This document shows positions 18,929-28,083 of a DNA stretch of 64,000 bases, piece by piece. Made by a program: the position numbers and the translations under genes. Each line of letters begins with the position of its first letter. Positions within the stretch are counted from its first letter, which is position 1. This stretch comes from an uncultured virus (IMG/VR IMGVR_UViG_3300022924_000206) (taxonomy: Duplodnaviria; Heunggongvirae; Uroviricota; Caudoviricetes), in the IMG/VR virus record IMGVR_UViG_3300022924_000206, one strand, 5' to 3'. Below the pieces are notes generated by a model. It worked only from the letters and a program-made list of their open reading frames with translations, was not told the DNA's origin and did not search any database.

Positions 18929-19139
18929 AATCGAAGAGACTTTCGAAATTGTTTTAATCAATCCCGAGACCAATGAGCCTTATGACAAGGACGATCCCAT
19001 CGTTCTGTCTAAGGAGGATTACGATTTCATCGCCAACGAAGCAGAAAAGAAAGGCCTCACTTTCGAGGAGGAATTTCTTCACCTGGTTCGTGAGGGGCTT
19101 AAAACGCTCACTGAGCGTGATGCAAGGGATGTTACCTAA
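18921..19139 (+). CDS. small acidic hypothetical protein
   Basis: AAGGAG RBS, overlaps upstream stop. Confidence 0.7.
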   Translation: MAEIEETFEIVLINPETNEPYDKDDPIVLSKEDYDFIANEAEKKGLTFEEEFLHLVREGLKTLTERDARDVT

Positions 19140-19155
19140 GCGTTATCAAAAAGTT

Positions 19156-19195
19156 TTGACAGAGGTTGCATAATGTCGTAGCCTTGTGTTATAGT
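19156..19195 (+). promoter_or_regulatory. sigma-70-like promoter(s) for the large ncRNA
   Basis: TTGACA-17-TAGCCT and TTGCAT-18-TATAGT. Confidence 0.55.
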
Positions 19196-19200
19196 AGAAC

Positions 19201-20013
19201 TACTGAATCAAACGACAAACCTTCGGGTGAGGCGGGAGATGAAGTAACTCCGGCATGACGGATAAACCAAGGCAACTTGGGGAAAGGGATTCCTGACAGG
19301 ATCCCGCCTGAAAAGGCAAATCATGCACTTCACAAGATTCAGCAATCGTCGCCAAAAAGGCGGTTGCCATGTGAAAAGGTAGTTGGATCAAAGGCCGAAC
19401 TTGGTGGAGATCTGAAACGGGTAACTTGCTCGCTAAAAACAACATATGCTGACTCTCATGTTTTTGTGGAAGGTGTTTAGTCCGAGGCTTGGCGGCCAAG
19501 GGCGGATGCCATAGAAAGGGAATCGGGACGAAGGTTTCGAGGAACTGAAAGAAGCGTAAGTAGTCGCCAACGAAAGCGCTTGAGGAAGTGGAGCATTTCT
19601 TAGCCCGAAAGGGAGAGGAAACTTCGAGGAGGAGCACTTCCCGCGTCAAAAACCTAACTCAATTGGCAGAGTGCCTCCCTATTAAGGAGGAAGTTGCAGG
19701 TTCAAACCCTGTGGTTTCTAAAAGCAAAAGCCTTCTCCAGTAGATAAGCAAAAGCGCCCTAATCCCTGGCTCTTCGGAGAACCAGGGCGAAGGATGGCCG
19801 CAAGCCTGAATTTGTTGGTAGTCGAATGTAACGCAACTCAGTGGGTAGCTCCTAATGAGTGAGTGAAAAGACGCCGAGCAGCTGTCTACTTATGGAATAG
19901 TCAACCTAAATGACCGGGCGTGGATGATAGCATGGGTAACATGCTGGATCAGGAAGCTAATAAATACGGCTTCTGAAGTCATCCAAGTGAGGCTGTAATC
20001 TCAGGCCACACCA
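19201..20013 (+). ncRNA. ~810-nt structured RNA, GOLLD-like, with embedded tRNA
   Basis: No credible ORF, many tetraloop hairpins, own promoter and terminator, internal tRNA. Confidence 0.55.
19648..19720 (+). tRNA. embedded tRNA-like element, anticodon AUU (Asn)
   Basis: CCTCC-CTATTAA-GGAGG arm, D and T arms, weak acceptor. Confidence 0.6.
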
Positions 20014-20020
20014 AAAACTT

Positions 20021-20061
20021 CGAATGGTCTCCTAACTTCGGTTAGGAGACCATTCGTATTT
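20021..20061 (+). terminator. intrinsic terminator
   Basis: CGAATGGTCTCCTAAC-TTCG-GTTAGGAGACCATTCG then TATTT. Confidence 0.8.
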
Positions 20062-20082
20062 AACAATCCTAGGGAGAAAGTA

Positions 20083-20298
20083 ATGGCAAAGAGATTTTCC
20101 GTCTCAGAGAGCGAAGGTTCTCAGCGGTCATATTCATATCTTTTAGAAGATAAAGATCTTCCTCTAGGTATTTTCACCGACAACAATGCTCCGGATGAAA
20201 TCAACTGGGAGTTAGAGTCACTTGGACAAAGTGACTATGCTCCAATGTTTCTCTGGGAGCCTGACGGTAACCTCATTTATGAGGTAAAAGAAGCTTGA
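20083..20298 (+). CDS. hypothetical protein
   Basis: GGAG RBS, 71 aa. Confidence 0.65.
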   Translation: MAKRFSVSESEGSQRSYSYLLEDKDLPLGIFTDNNAPDEINWELESLGQSDYAPMFLWEPDGNLIYEVKEA

Positions 20299-20307
20299 GT
20301 GCTTCAT

Positions 20308-20381
20308 CGGGGTGTGGGGCAGCTTGGTAGCCTGCTTGATTCGGATTCAAGAGGTCGCAGGTTCAAATCCTGCCATCCCGA
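20308..20381 (+). tRNA. tRNA-Pro(CGG)
   Basis: Cloverleaf, loop TTCGGAT. Confidence 0.93.
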
Positions 20382-20399
20382 CTTATAGAAGGAGATAAA

Positions 20400-21188
20400 A
20401 TGGTTGAGTACGCCGGAATTCGTAATGTTTTCAGAGAAATAGAAAACTTTGACGAAAACAAGCCAATTATCTTTATGGATGTTGACGGAGTTATAAACGC
20501 TCTTCCCTTTGATCGTGAATGGGTTGGGCCAGAAATTCCACCTGAAACCGGACTTTATGATCCGATCTATTACGATCCAAACAATTGGAAAACTGTTCGT
20601 ATAGAACATAATCCCGAGCTACACTATCCTATTAGTAAGGAACTCACGGTAGATTTTGATCGCATGCTCGATTATCCTAAAGAATACACAGATAATTTAG
20701 ATGAACAGCAAGCAGAGAAACGCTATAAGAAGCTTCGTATAAACCTCATGGAGGAAATGCTAGCTGAACTACGAGAAATAGTTGAAGAATATGACCTCCA
20801 GGTCATTTATCTGACCTATTGGCGCTCTGAAGCCCTTAGGCTTTTAGAGCCGGAACTTCAACTCGGAGCTACTGCTTATCTGGATTGGCGAACTAATTCT
20901 GATCTCGGTCACAAGATGAAAATTCATGCTATCCATGCACTCTATGAAGAGACCAATATTAGAACTCCTTTCATAGTTTTGGATGATGAATCCACGGCGG
21001 GGCTCCACGATGACAGTGTTCTCTGGCAGGTGAACCCTATATTTGCGGATAAATATCCTGAGCGAACTCTTCAGTTTGGAGAGCTTAATAAGATTCCTAA
21101 ATTGATCTTCCAACAGGATGCTCGTTGGGGAATCGAAAGAGCTCATCTCGCTAAGATTAGAGAGTTTGCAAAATCACTCAAAGCATGA
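20400..21188 (+). CDS. HAD phosphatase (Swiss-Army-knife RNA-repair HAD-like)
   Basis: FMDVDGVIN motif I, TYW motif II, VLDD motif IV. Confidence 0.7.
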   Translation: MVEYAGIRNVFREIENFDENKPIIFMDVDGVINALPFDREWVGPEIPPETGLYDPIYYDPNNWKTVRIEHNPELHYPISKELTVDFDRMLDYPKEYTDNLDEQQAEKRYKKLRINLMEEMLAELREIVEEYDLQVIYLTYWRSEALRLLEPELQLGATAYLDWRTNSDLGHKMKIHAIHALYEETNIRTPFIVLDDESTAGLHDDSVLWQVNPIFADKYPERTLQFGELNKIPKLIFQQDARWGIERAHLAKIREFAKSLKA

Positions 21189-21206
21189 TAGGGTCATGCT
21201 ATAACT

Positions 21207-21448
21207 AAAAAGAGGTACCTGCGGAACGCTACTGGCCTTCGGGCTGGAGGAAACTCCGGACACCTTGACAATCCTCGTGTGGAAGACTTCGGTCATTGAC
21301 CACAAAGCTGCCCTAATAAGGCGGGTGATAGAGGCTCGGGTGCAACTCAAAACAGTTCTAGGATCTTGTCATCCTTTGATGAACGGGTATGGGGCATAGA
21401 TTGATCGCGTTCTAAAACAGAATCCGGGTTATGGCAGGTACCTCTTTT
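21207..21448 (+). ncRNA. rnpB: compact RNase P RNA
   Basis: P1 AAGAGGTACCTGC/GCAGGTACCTCTT; CR-I GAGGAAACTCCGGAC; CR-V ACAGAATCCGGGTTAT. Confidence 0.85.
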
Positions 21449-21583
21449 AGTTTACTAACCTCCGCACTTGTCGGCGTCTATTACGCCACAGGAACGCGGA
21501 GGTTTCGCTGTAACAGCCGAAATCAATTGGCTTGAACAACGTCACACAAAACCTACGCCGTGGCTTAGATCGCCGTGTAGCGT

Positions 21584-21656
21584 GCCACCTTAGCTCAGTT
21601 GGTAGAGCAGCTATTTCGTAAGTAGCAGGTCGCCGGTTCGATTCCGGCAGGTGGCT
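21584..21656 (+). tRNA. tRNA-Thr(CGU)
   Basis: Cloverleaf, loop TTCGTAA. Confidence 0.95.
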
Positions 21657-21658
21657 CG

Positions 21659-21887
21659 GATGTTTGGGAGGTTGGCTTAGAAGCAGCAATCCTTTAAAGA
21701 GTCCGGAATGCGTTGAAGTTGCCTACAAATACGCATACCTTACGGCGGTGAGCCAAGGAATCACCGCGAGGCCCCAGTAACGAGTAGACTCCGATGGCAA
21801 TCGAGAGACGAAGGGAAAGCGGGTTGGTCACCTGCGACGGGGATTTACGAAGGTCAGACGGTTTAGCGTAATAGCACACCACTCATC
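21659..21887 (+). ncRNA. 23S rRNA H43/H44 mimic with insert, copy 2
   Basis: GGGAGGTTGGCTTAGAAGCAGCAATCCTTTAAAGAGT + 163 nt + GCGTAATAGCACACC, closed by GATG/CATC. Confidence 0.75.
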
Positions 21888-21953
21888 TCAATTTTGATAA
21901 AACAACTTACTTGTATTTCGCAAGCGGCAGAGCTATCTAAAGGAGAGGCGAAA

Positions 21954-22256
21954 GTGAAGAACTTACCAGCACCGAGCAAAATGCCGGTACTCCCATCACC
22001 TGAAGAGCTCAAGAGTTTTCCGGATCCGGGAGCTCGTTTTGAGCAGTGGTCGAAGGACTGTGACCACATCATGGAGCTCAACGATGAGCTATTTGAAAAA
22101 GCTCTCAAAAGAATGAAATGGTGCTCATTCCTCAACGGAATGCTAAACCGACCTCTCACCGAACATTTCGCCTGGTGTCCCCACAATGATTGGGATGCGT
22201 ATTGGCAGGAGCTCGGCTGGCCGGAGTTGCCTCAAATGACCTCCACGGGGCTCTAA
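21954..22256 (+). CDS. hypothetical protein
   Basis: AAGGAGAGG RBS before GTG. Confidence 0.6.
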   Translation: MKNLPAPSKMPVLPSPEELKSFPDPGARFEQWSKDCDHIMELNDELFEKALKRMKWCSFLNGMLNRPLTEHFAWCPHNDWDAYWQELGWPELPQMTSTGL

Positions 22257-22317
22257 ACCCTCGTTTTAAAAAACGAACTAATCGTATTTCCACTCACAGT
22301 TTCGGTACCATATTTCC

Positions 22318-23118
22318 ATGAGCTCCTCTTTCGACATTGCAACAATTAATCCTTTACGGATATTGGTGGTCGGGGATTGGCATAGGAACATTCACGCCGC
22401 ATTTCCTAAAAAAGTGGTCGCCTATGCTAAAAGCATAGGTATCGAAGTAATCCTCCACGTGGGAGACTTCGGCTATAAGTACGGCGTCAGGGGGAATGAT
22501 GCTTACATGTTTGAAAAACCTCTCCATCGCGCTCTTCAGGAGGCTGGCATTCAACTTGTTTGGGTGGATGGTAACCATGAGAACCATGAATATTTGAGAG
22601 CTCTTCCTCTACTACCAAATGGTTTCGCTCAAACCGGAGCTAGAGGAAACATCTATTACGCTCCCCGCGGACTCCGCTGGCAATGGAGTGGAAGAACTTT
22701 CGGTGCCCTCGGCGGCGCATTGTCAATCAATGCTGCGCGCCTACAGGAGGGTGTTACTCTTTTCGCCGATTTAGAGGAACCCACCTACGAAGATCTCGAC
22801 AAACTAGGTAAAGATAAGTTAGATTATCTTGTTTGTCACGATGTACCCATGAGAGTAGCCTTGAAATCTATTTTTGGGGTACCGGTTAAAAGTGAAACAC
22901 GAATTGTTTTGCAGAAAGCCGTGGATACTTTGAAACCTGAAAGAGTTTTTTCGGGTCATTGGCATCAGCGTAGCGATTTCCGTATTCCTAGAGATGATGA
23001 TGGGGAAACCTTTGGTCACATCTTGGATAAGGAATTCACAGTTGGTAATATACTTATTCTTAACCTCGAAGACAACACCATTGAAAACCCTCCGGCCAAT
23101 TGGCAAGAGCAAAACTAA
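22318..23118 (+). CDS. calcineurin-like metallophosphoesterase
   Basis: GDWH, GDFG, GNHE, GHWH motifs. Confidence 0.9.
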   Translation: MSSSFDIATINPLRILVVGDWHRNIHAAFPKKVVAYAKSIGIEVILHVGDFGYKYGVRGNDAYMFEKPLHRALQEAGIQLVWVDGNHENHEYLRALPLLPNGFAQTGARGNIYYAPRGLRWQWSGRTFGALGGALSINAARLQEGVTLFADLEEPTYEDLDKLGKDKLDYLVCHDVPMRVALKSIFGVPVKSETRIVLQKAVDTLKPERVFSGHWHQRSDFRIPRDDDGETFGHILDKEFTVGNILILNLEDNTIENPPANWQEQN

Positions 23119-23130
23119 GAAAGGCCGATC

Positions 23131-23628
23131 GTGGCTACACATTACGAATCAGTACTAGAGTTTTATAAAAAATTCGGTCAGGAGGCTTTCATTGCCGAAC
23201 GTCCGGGGCTAGATGAAGAGAACATCTCTCCTGCTCGCCTTGAGCTAAAAATGGGGCTTATCGCGGAGGAGTTCTTTGAACTTGTCCAAGCTGTCTACGG
23301 TGGCGTAGCTGCCAAAGTTCTTGAGGCAGCTTGGGAAGTTGCTAAAGAACAGGATGAAGGTAACAGGGACTTAGTGGAAACAGCCGATGCTCTCGCTGAT
23401 CTTGACTACGTTTTGAACGGTCTAGCCATCGAAGCTGGAATTACCGCCGACGCCGTTTTCGATGAAGTCCACTCATCTAATCTCAGCAAGCTAGATGAGA
23501 ATGGTTTGGTCATAATGTCGGATGGAGTAACTCCCTCTGAGTATGACGGACAGGTGAAGCCGGTCGGAAAGATCCTCAAGAGCAAGCATTTCCGTGAGCC
23601 TGACATCGCCGGAGTCCTCGGAATCTAA
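23131..23628 (+). CDS. MazG/PRA-PH-like NTP pyrophosphohydrolase
   Basis: EEFFEL, DALADLDYV, VHSSNLSK, GKILK. Confidence 0.85.
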   Translation: MATHYESVLEFYKKFGQEAFIAERPGLDEENISPARLELKMGLIAEEFFELVQAVYGGVAAKVLEAAWEVAKEQDEGNRDLVETADALADLDYVLNGLAIEAGITADAVFDEVHSSNLSKLDENGLVIMSDGVTPSEYDGQVKPVGKILKSKHFREPDIAGVLGI

Positions 23629-23779
23629 CTAAAAACGTTAGAAAGAGACCCTGTGAAGGTCGTAAAGCCCGGCTCACACTTTGTTTACATCGTGTGGGTC
23701 GGGTTCCACATTTAACCGATTTTAATGCAAAGAATTCGATTAACCTGTGATATGATATTGCTAATACAACTAAATACAA

Positions 23780-24138
23780 GGGGCCGCCCGGTTTCGACTG
23801 GATGCAGGTCAAATAGATCGCAAGCCGTCATTGGATAGATGACGTAAAAAAGATCCAAACAATAGATGCAAACACATCACAAAATGATTGGGCGCTAGCC
23901 GCCTAATCCGGCTTTGTGGGGAGACTGACCCTCGCAACTCACTAGCCGTCATTTTAGAGGGTCGGTTTTGAAAAAGTTGGAAGCTTTCTTCTTCAAAACC
24001 TATTGATTGCTTCACGGACAACAGCTGTTGTTAGGCCACGATTCGTGGCTGTTGCCCTAAACTAGAAACTGTGGACAAGCTTGTAGTGCTTTATTTGAAT
24101 GTAGTGCCAGGACGGGGTTTCGACTACCCCCGGCTCCA
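23780..24138 (+). ncRNA. ssrA: tmRNA, tag (A)ANTSQNDWALAA*
   Basis: GGGGCCG...GGTTTCGAC 5' end, G3:U70 acceptor, tag ORF 23868-23906 ending LAA. Confidence 0.92.
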
Positions 24139-24139
24139 C

Positions 24140-24185
24140 AGAAACTCCTGATCAGTGATTATTTCCTGGTCAGGAGTTCTTTGTT
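24140..24185 (+). terminator. intrinsic terminator
   Basis: AGAAACTCCTGATCAG/CTGGTCAGGAGTTTCT hairpin then T-rich tail. Confidence 0.75.
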
Positions 24186-24281
24186 TAGAGGATCAGTAAA
24201 TAAGAATACGGATATCCCGTGGTCAGATGAAGTTAGTCACTCTATCTTTGATAGAATCTGACCTAAGGTTTAGGAGAAACA

Positions 24282-25376
24282 ATGGCCGTCAGAAGTAACG
24301 AGTTTGTAGATTCTTTAGTTGAAACGCTAAAGGCAAACGGACGTTTACTCACAATTTTCGCCGTGAGCGCAATCATCATCGGAGGAATTACTCTAGTAGA
24401 GTATCCCGAGAACTGGTGGATTTCACTAGCGGCTGTCGTCGGGTTCTTCTTAGTCATTTTCGTTTTCATCAATGCTCGCGTGCTAATCAAAAGTATTGTA
24501 GCAACGGCTCTCACCTTAGTACTCGCAGGTGTCGCTTTCAACCTCGGAGCAGCTAGTGAGCCTTACGGTCCCGGAGCTTTCGTTTGGCTATTCGGTCACT
24601 TCATAGTTTACTTCTTATCTTTAGCTTTAAGTTACTTCCTACCGAGTGGACAATCCCGCTGGACATCAATCGGCTTAGCAGTTACTCTCTACTTCGGTCT
24701 GACTTGGGCACTAGCTGCCGAACTTGGAACGCTGGTAGCACCCGCCGCTGTTTCCATTCTTATAGCAGTTGGTTTCTTCGTGTTGATCTATCTCTACGGG
24801 GGCCAGACTAGATTCTCTCCAAAGAAAATGCCGGAGCCTTTTAGCTCAGACAATCTCACAAAGAACATTGAGAAATCTGCTGAGTTCTCTGGCTTCGAGG
24901 TGCGGCCCATTGTCACTAAGGAAGATACTTCTTTCCTCGTTTGGGGAGAAAGAGCCTATGTTCTATATCCCGTGAAACTGGAGCAGGCGCTAGGGATCAT
25001 CGGCAAAAAGAAGAGCGTTCGACTTTCCTATAAAGGAAAGTCCATTAATGAATGGCTCCGTTATTTAAGTTTTACTAAGAATCCTCATTTCAAAGCCCGT
25101 GGCGCGGAAACTATGTTAGTATTGCTTGACATGAACAACACTAACGGTAAGGATTTCAAAGTCATCGGCGTTTCCATGCCTGACACGAAAGCCATAACCC
25201 CGGTGGGGATCATGCCAGGAAAGCTTCTATTGGCTAACGAAGACGCTGCTCTTAAAAAAGCTCTCGCTCACTTCGATTCCTTCTACCAGGGCTATGTCAC
25301 CGATTTGAATGAGAAGCAGAAGGTTGCTCTCACTCGTTTCGGCGCACCCAAGGTAGAGGAAACGCCGGTAGCGTAA
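24282..25376 (+). CDS. multi-pass membrane protein
   Basis: About 6 hydrophobic helices then soluble domain. Confidence 0.8.
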   Translation: MAVRSNEFVDSLVETLKANGRLLTIFAVSAIIIGGITLVEYPENWWISLAAVVGFFLVIFVFINARVLIKSIVATALTLVLAGVAFNLGAASEPYGPGAFVWLFGHFIVYFLSLALSYFLPSGQSRWTSIGLAVTLYFGLTWALAAELGTLVAPAAVSILIAVGFFVLIYLYGGQTRFSPKKMPEPFSSDNLTKNIEKSAEFSGFEVRPIVTKEDTSFLVWGERAYVLYPVKLEQALGIIGKKKSVRLSYKGKSINEWLRYLSFTKNPHFKARGAETMLVLLDMNNTNGKDFKVIGVSMPDTKAITPVGIMPGKLLLANEDAALKKALAHFDSFYQGYVTDLNEKQKVALTRFGAPKVEETPVA

Positions 25377-25477
25377 CTACAGTTTTAGCTCACTGCCATC
25401 GGCTTCTGCCTTGGTACAATAGGTCTGAGCCCCTCAAACTTATCATCACTTAGGCATCAAATATTTAGGAGAAACCC

Positions 25478-26923
25478 ATGACTGCAGAGTTTATTCATCT
25501 TCATGTCCACTCTGACAACAGCATGCTCGACGGTTTCTCTAAGCCTGTAGAATACCTCGAAGCTGCCCACAAGATGGGTATGAAGGGTATCGGTATTACT
25601 GACCACGGAAATACTCACGGTGCCTACGCTCTAGTCAATCAGGCTAAGAAGTTCGATATGACCGGAATTCCCGGTTGTGAGTTCTATGTTGCGCCAGCTA
25701 ACCCTCAAGGTGCTCGAGTGAAAGAGCCGGTCTATTATGGGCCGGGAGGACAGAAGGCCGGCGGAAACGATGTTTCCGGTTCAGGAGCTTATCTTCACCT
25801 TACAATCTGGGCTTATAACCAGGAGGGGATGCACAATCTCTTCAAGCTTTCAACACTTTCCAACCAGCCTGAGAACTTCTACATGAAGCCGCGTATCGAC
25901 TTCGATATGCTAGCTGAGCACTCCGGTGGGCTCATCGTCTCAACTGGATGTCCGTCCGGTGAAATTTCAACCCGTTTCCTTCTTGGACAGGACAAGCTAG
26001 CTTACGAATACGCTGGACGCCTAAAAGACATTTTTGGGGAGCGTCTTTTCGTAGAGATCATGGATCACTCCATGGATATTGAACTCGAGCGCTCACTTCT
26101 ACCAAAGCAGCTTGAGATGTCAAAGAAGCTAGGTATTCCTCTTCTCGCTACAAACGATGCTCACTATGCTCACAAGCATGATGCTATTCACCACGAAGAA
26201 ATGCTTGCATCCCAGTCCGGTTCACGTATGACAGAGCCGACCTGGGATAACGGCGGCTCTCGATTTGCTTTCAATGGTACCGAGTACTACCTCAAAACCG
26301 CTGAAGAGATGGCCGCAATTTTCCCTGAGAAAGATTTCCCAGGAGCAACGAAAAACACTTTGCTAATCGCTGAGATGACTCAGGATATGCAACTTGACTT
26401 CAATCCTGATCTCATGCCTAACCCCATTCTTCCTCCGGAGTTTACGGATGAAGTCGAGTATTACAAACATCTAATCAATGTGGGATTCAAGGACCGTTAC
26501 GGAAACTCTCCTCGAGAAATCAAAGAGGAAGCTCTTCGTAGGATCAAGTTTGAGATGGAAGTTATCCACTCATCTAACTTCATTGGTTACATGCTCACGG
26601 TTCACGAGTACCTCTGGTGGACTCGAGAAAAATTCTCTACTCGTGATGCTAGCGGAACTATTCTCGCTCCGGCCATCGGAATTGGTCGAGGTTCCATCGG
26701 AGGAAGTATCCACGCCTACTGCCTATATATTTCCGAGATTGATCCCATCCGTTGGGACACTATTTTTGAGAGATTCCTGTCAGCTGGTCGAGGAAACACC
26801 TATAGAATTGATTACGACGATGGAACTTTCGAAGAGATCATTGTTTCTGCGGAGAAGGAACTAACCTCCGGGGACAAACGTTACATTCATCAGCTCCACG
26901 TTGGTGACGAGATTGTAGACTAA
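25478..26923 (+). CDS. dnaE: DNA polymerase III alpha, N-terminal part (PHP + palm start)
   Basis: HLHVHS, ITDHG, TNDAHY, GRGS, FERFL. Confidence 0.93.
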   Translation: MTAEFIHLHVHSDNSMLDGFSKPVEYLEAAHKMGMKGIGITDHGNTHGAYALVNQAKKFDMTGIPGCEFYVAPANPQGARVKEPVYYGPGGQKAGGNDVSGSGAYLHLTIWAYNQEGMHNLFKLSTLSNQPENFYMKPRIDFDMLAEHSGGLIVSTGCPSGEISTRFLLGQDKLAYEYAGRLKDIFGERLFVEIMDHSMDIELERSLLPKQLEMSKKLGIPLLATNDAHYAHKHDAIHHEEMLASQSGSRMTEPTWDNGGSRFAFNGTEYYLKTAEEMAAIFPEKDFPGATKNTLLIAEMTQDMQLDFNPDLMPNPILPPEFTDEVEYYKHLINVGFKDRYGNSPREIKEEALRRIKFEMEVIHSSNFIGYMLTVHEYLWWTREKFSTRDASGTILAPAIGIGRGSIGGSIHAYCLYISEIDPIRWDTIFERFLSAGRGNTYRIDYDDGTFEEIIVSAEKELTSGDKRYIHQLHVGDEIVD

Positions 26924-26999
26924 ACTTTAGAGGTACTGGCTCGATGTTTTATTGAGCTAATTTTTGTTAGGATGCTGCTAACGCAATAAGGAGATTTTC

Positions 27000-28073
27000 A
27001 TGGCAGAGCAACACTTGGAGCTTTACAAGCTTTACCGTCCCAAAAACTGGAGAGGTCTCATTGGCCAGGATAAAGTTGTAAAGTCGCTTAAGGGTGCAGT
27101 CGCCGCAGGAAAGGTTCCTACCGCCTACGCTTTCATCGGTGAGCGCGGTTGTGGAAAGACTTCAGCAGCTTTGATTCTTGCAAAAGCAATCAACTGTCTA
27201 AACCCTTCAGAAGGGGATCCCTGCAACGAATGTGATGTTTGCAAGAACATCGACAACGGCGCACAGATCGGAATCAATTACATCTCCATGGCTAACAAAG
27301 GCTCCGTGGATGACATTCGAGAGATTGCTCAGCAGGCTCGCCTCGCTACTCCGCTAAATCGTCAGGTTTGGATTCTCGATGAGTTCCACAACCTTTCAAA
27401 GCAAGCGTTCGATGCTCTTCTTATTCCTCTAGAAGATCCAAGAATGCCTTCACTGTTCATTCTTTGCTCCACCGAGGTTAACAAGATTCCTCAGACCATC
27501 ATGTCTCGTGTACAGTCTCGTAAATTCTCCCTCGTCGGGGAAGAAATTATGACGAAGTATGTTAAGGCTGTCTTGAAGAAAGAGCAGCTTGAACTCGATG
27601 ACGAGAGCATTGCTTCGGTCATTCGCATGGGACGCGGTTCAGTTCGTGACACCCTCACGGCTCTAGAGCGAGTCAACGAGACCGGGGAAACCTTTGCAAA
27701 CTATGGAGGTAGACTTCTAGAGGCTTTCGCAAGCCAGAACCTAGGTGATTCACTCTCCGTAATCGCTGAAGCCTCTGCCGAGGATGAAGTAAAGGGACGC
27801 GAGCTCGCTGAACAGCTCTTTGAGGATCTTAGGGATCTACTTCTAGCCGCGGCCGGAGCCGATCCAAAGCTTTACCCTAATCTTCCAATCGAAGATCCCA
27901 AAGAGGTTGCTAAGAGCATGTTCGGTGTTCGTGGAATTTCCATCGCTCTCGATGAGCTCGGGGATGCATTAACTCGCATGACTCTAGGCGCAGATACTCG
28001 AGTTCACCTCGAGGTTGCCATTGTCCGTACTCTACAGAAAATGAAGCAGCTTCAAGCTCGTTTGGCTAAGTGA
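27000..28073 (+). CDS. dnaX: clamp loader gamma/tau subunit
   Basis: YRP, GERGCGKT Walker A, Cys zinc module, DEFH Walker B. Confidence 0.93.
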   Translation: MAEQHLELYKLYRPKNWRGLIGQDKVVKSLKGAVAAGKVPTAYAFIGERGCGKTSAALILAKAINCLNPSEGDPCNECDVCKNIDNGAQIGINYISMANKGSVDDIREIAQQARLATPLNRQVWILDEFHNLSKQAFDALLIPLEDPRMPSLFILCSTEVNKIPQTIMSRVQSRKFSLVGEEIMTKYVKAVLKKEQLELDDESIASVIRMGRGSVRDTLTALERVNETGETFANYGGRLLEAFASQNLGDSLSVIAEASAEDEVKGRELAEQLFEDLRDLLLAAAGADPKLYPNLPIEDPKEVAKSMFGVRGISIALDELGDALTRMTLGADTRVHLEVAIVRTLQKMKQLQARLAK

Positions 28074-28083
28074 GGCGTAAGTT

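Noticed and set aside
17447..21887. rRNA operon or host rRNA contamination
   Set aside because: Only about 58 nt of 23S-like sequence per copy, split by an insert, with no flanking rRNA
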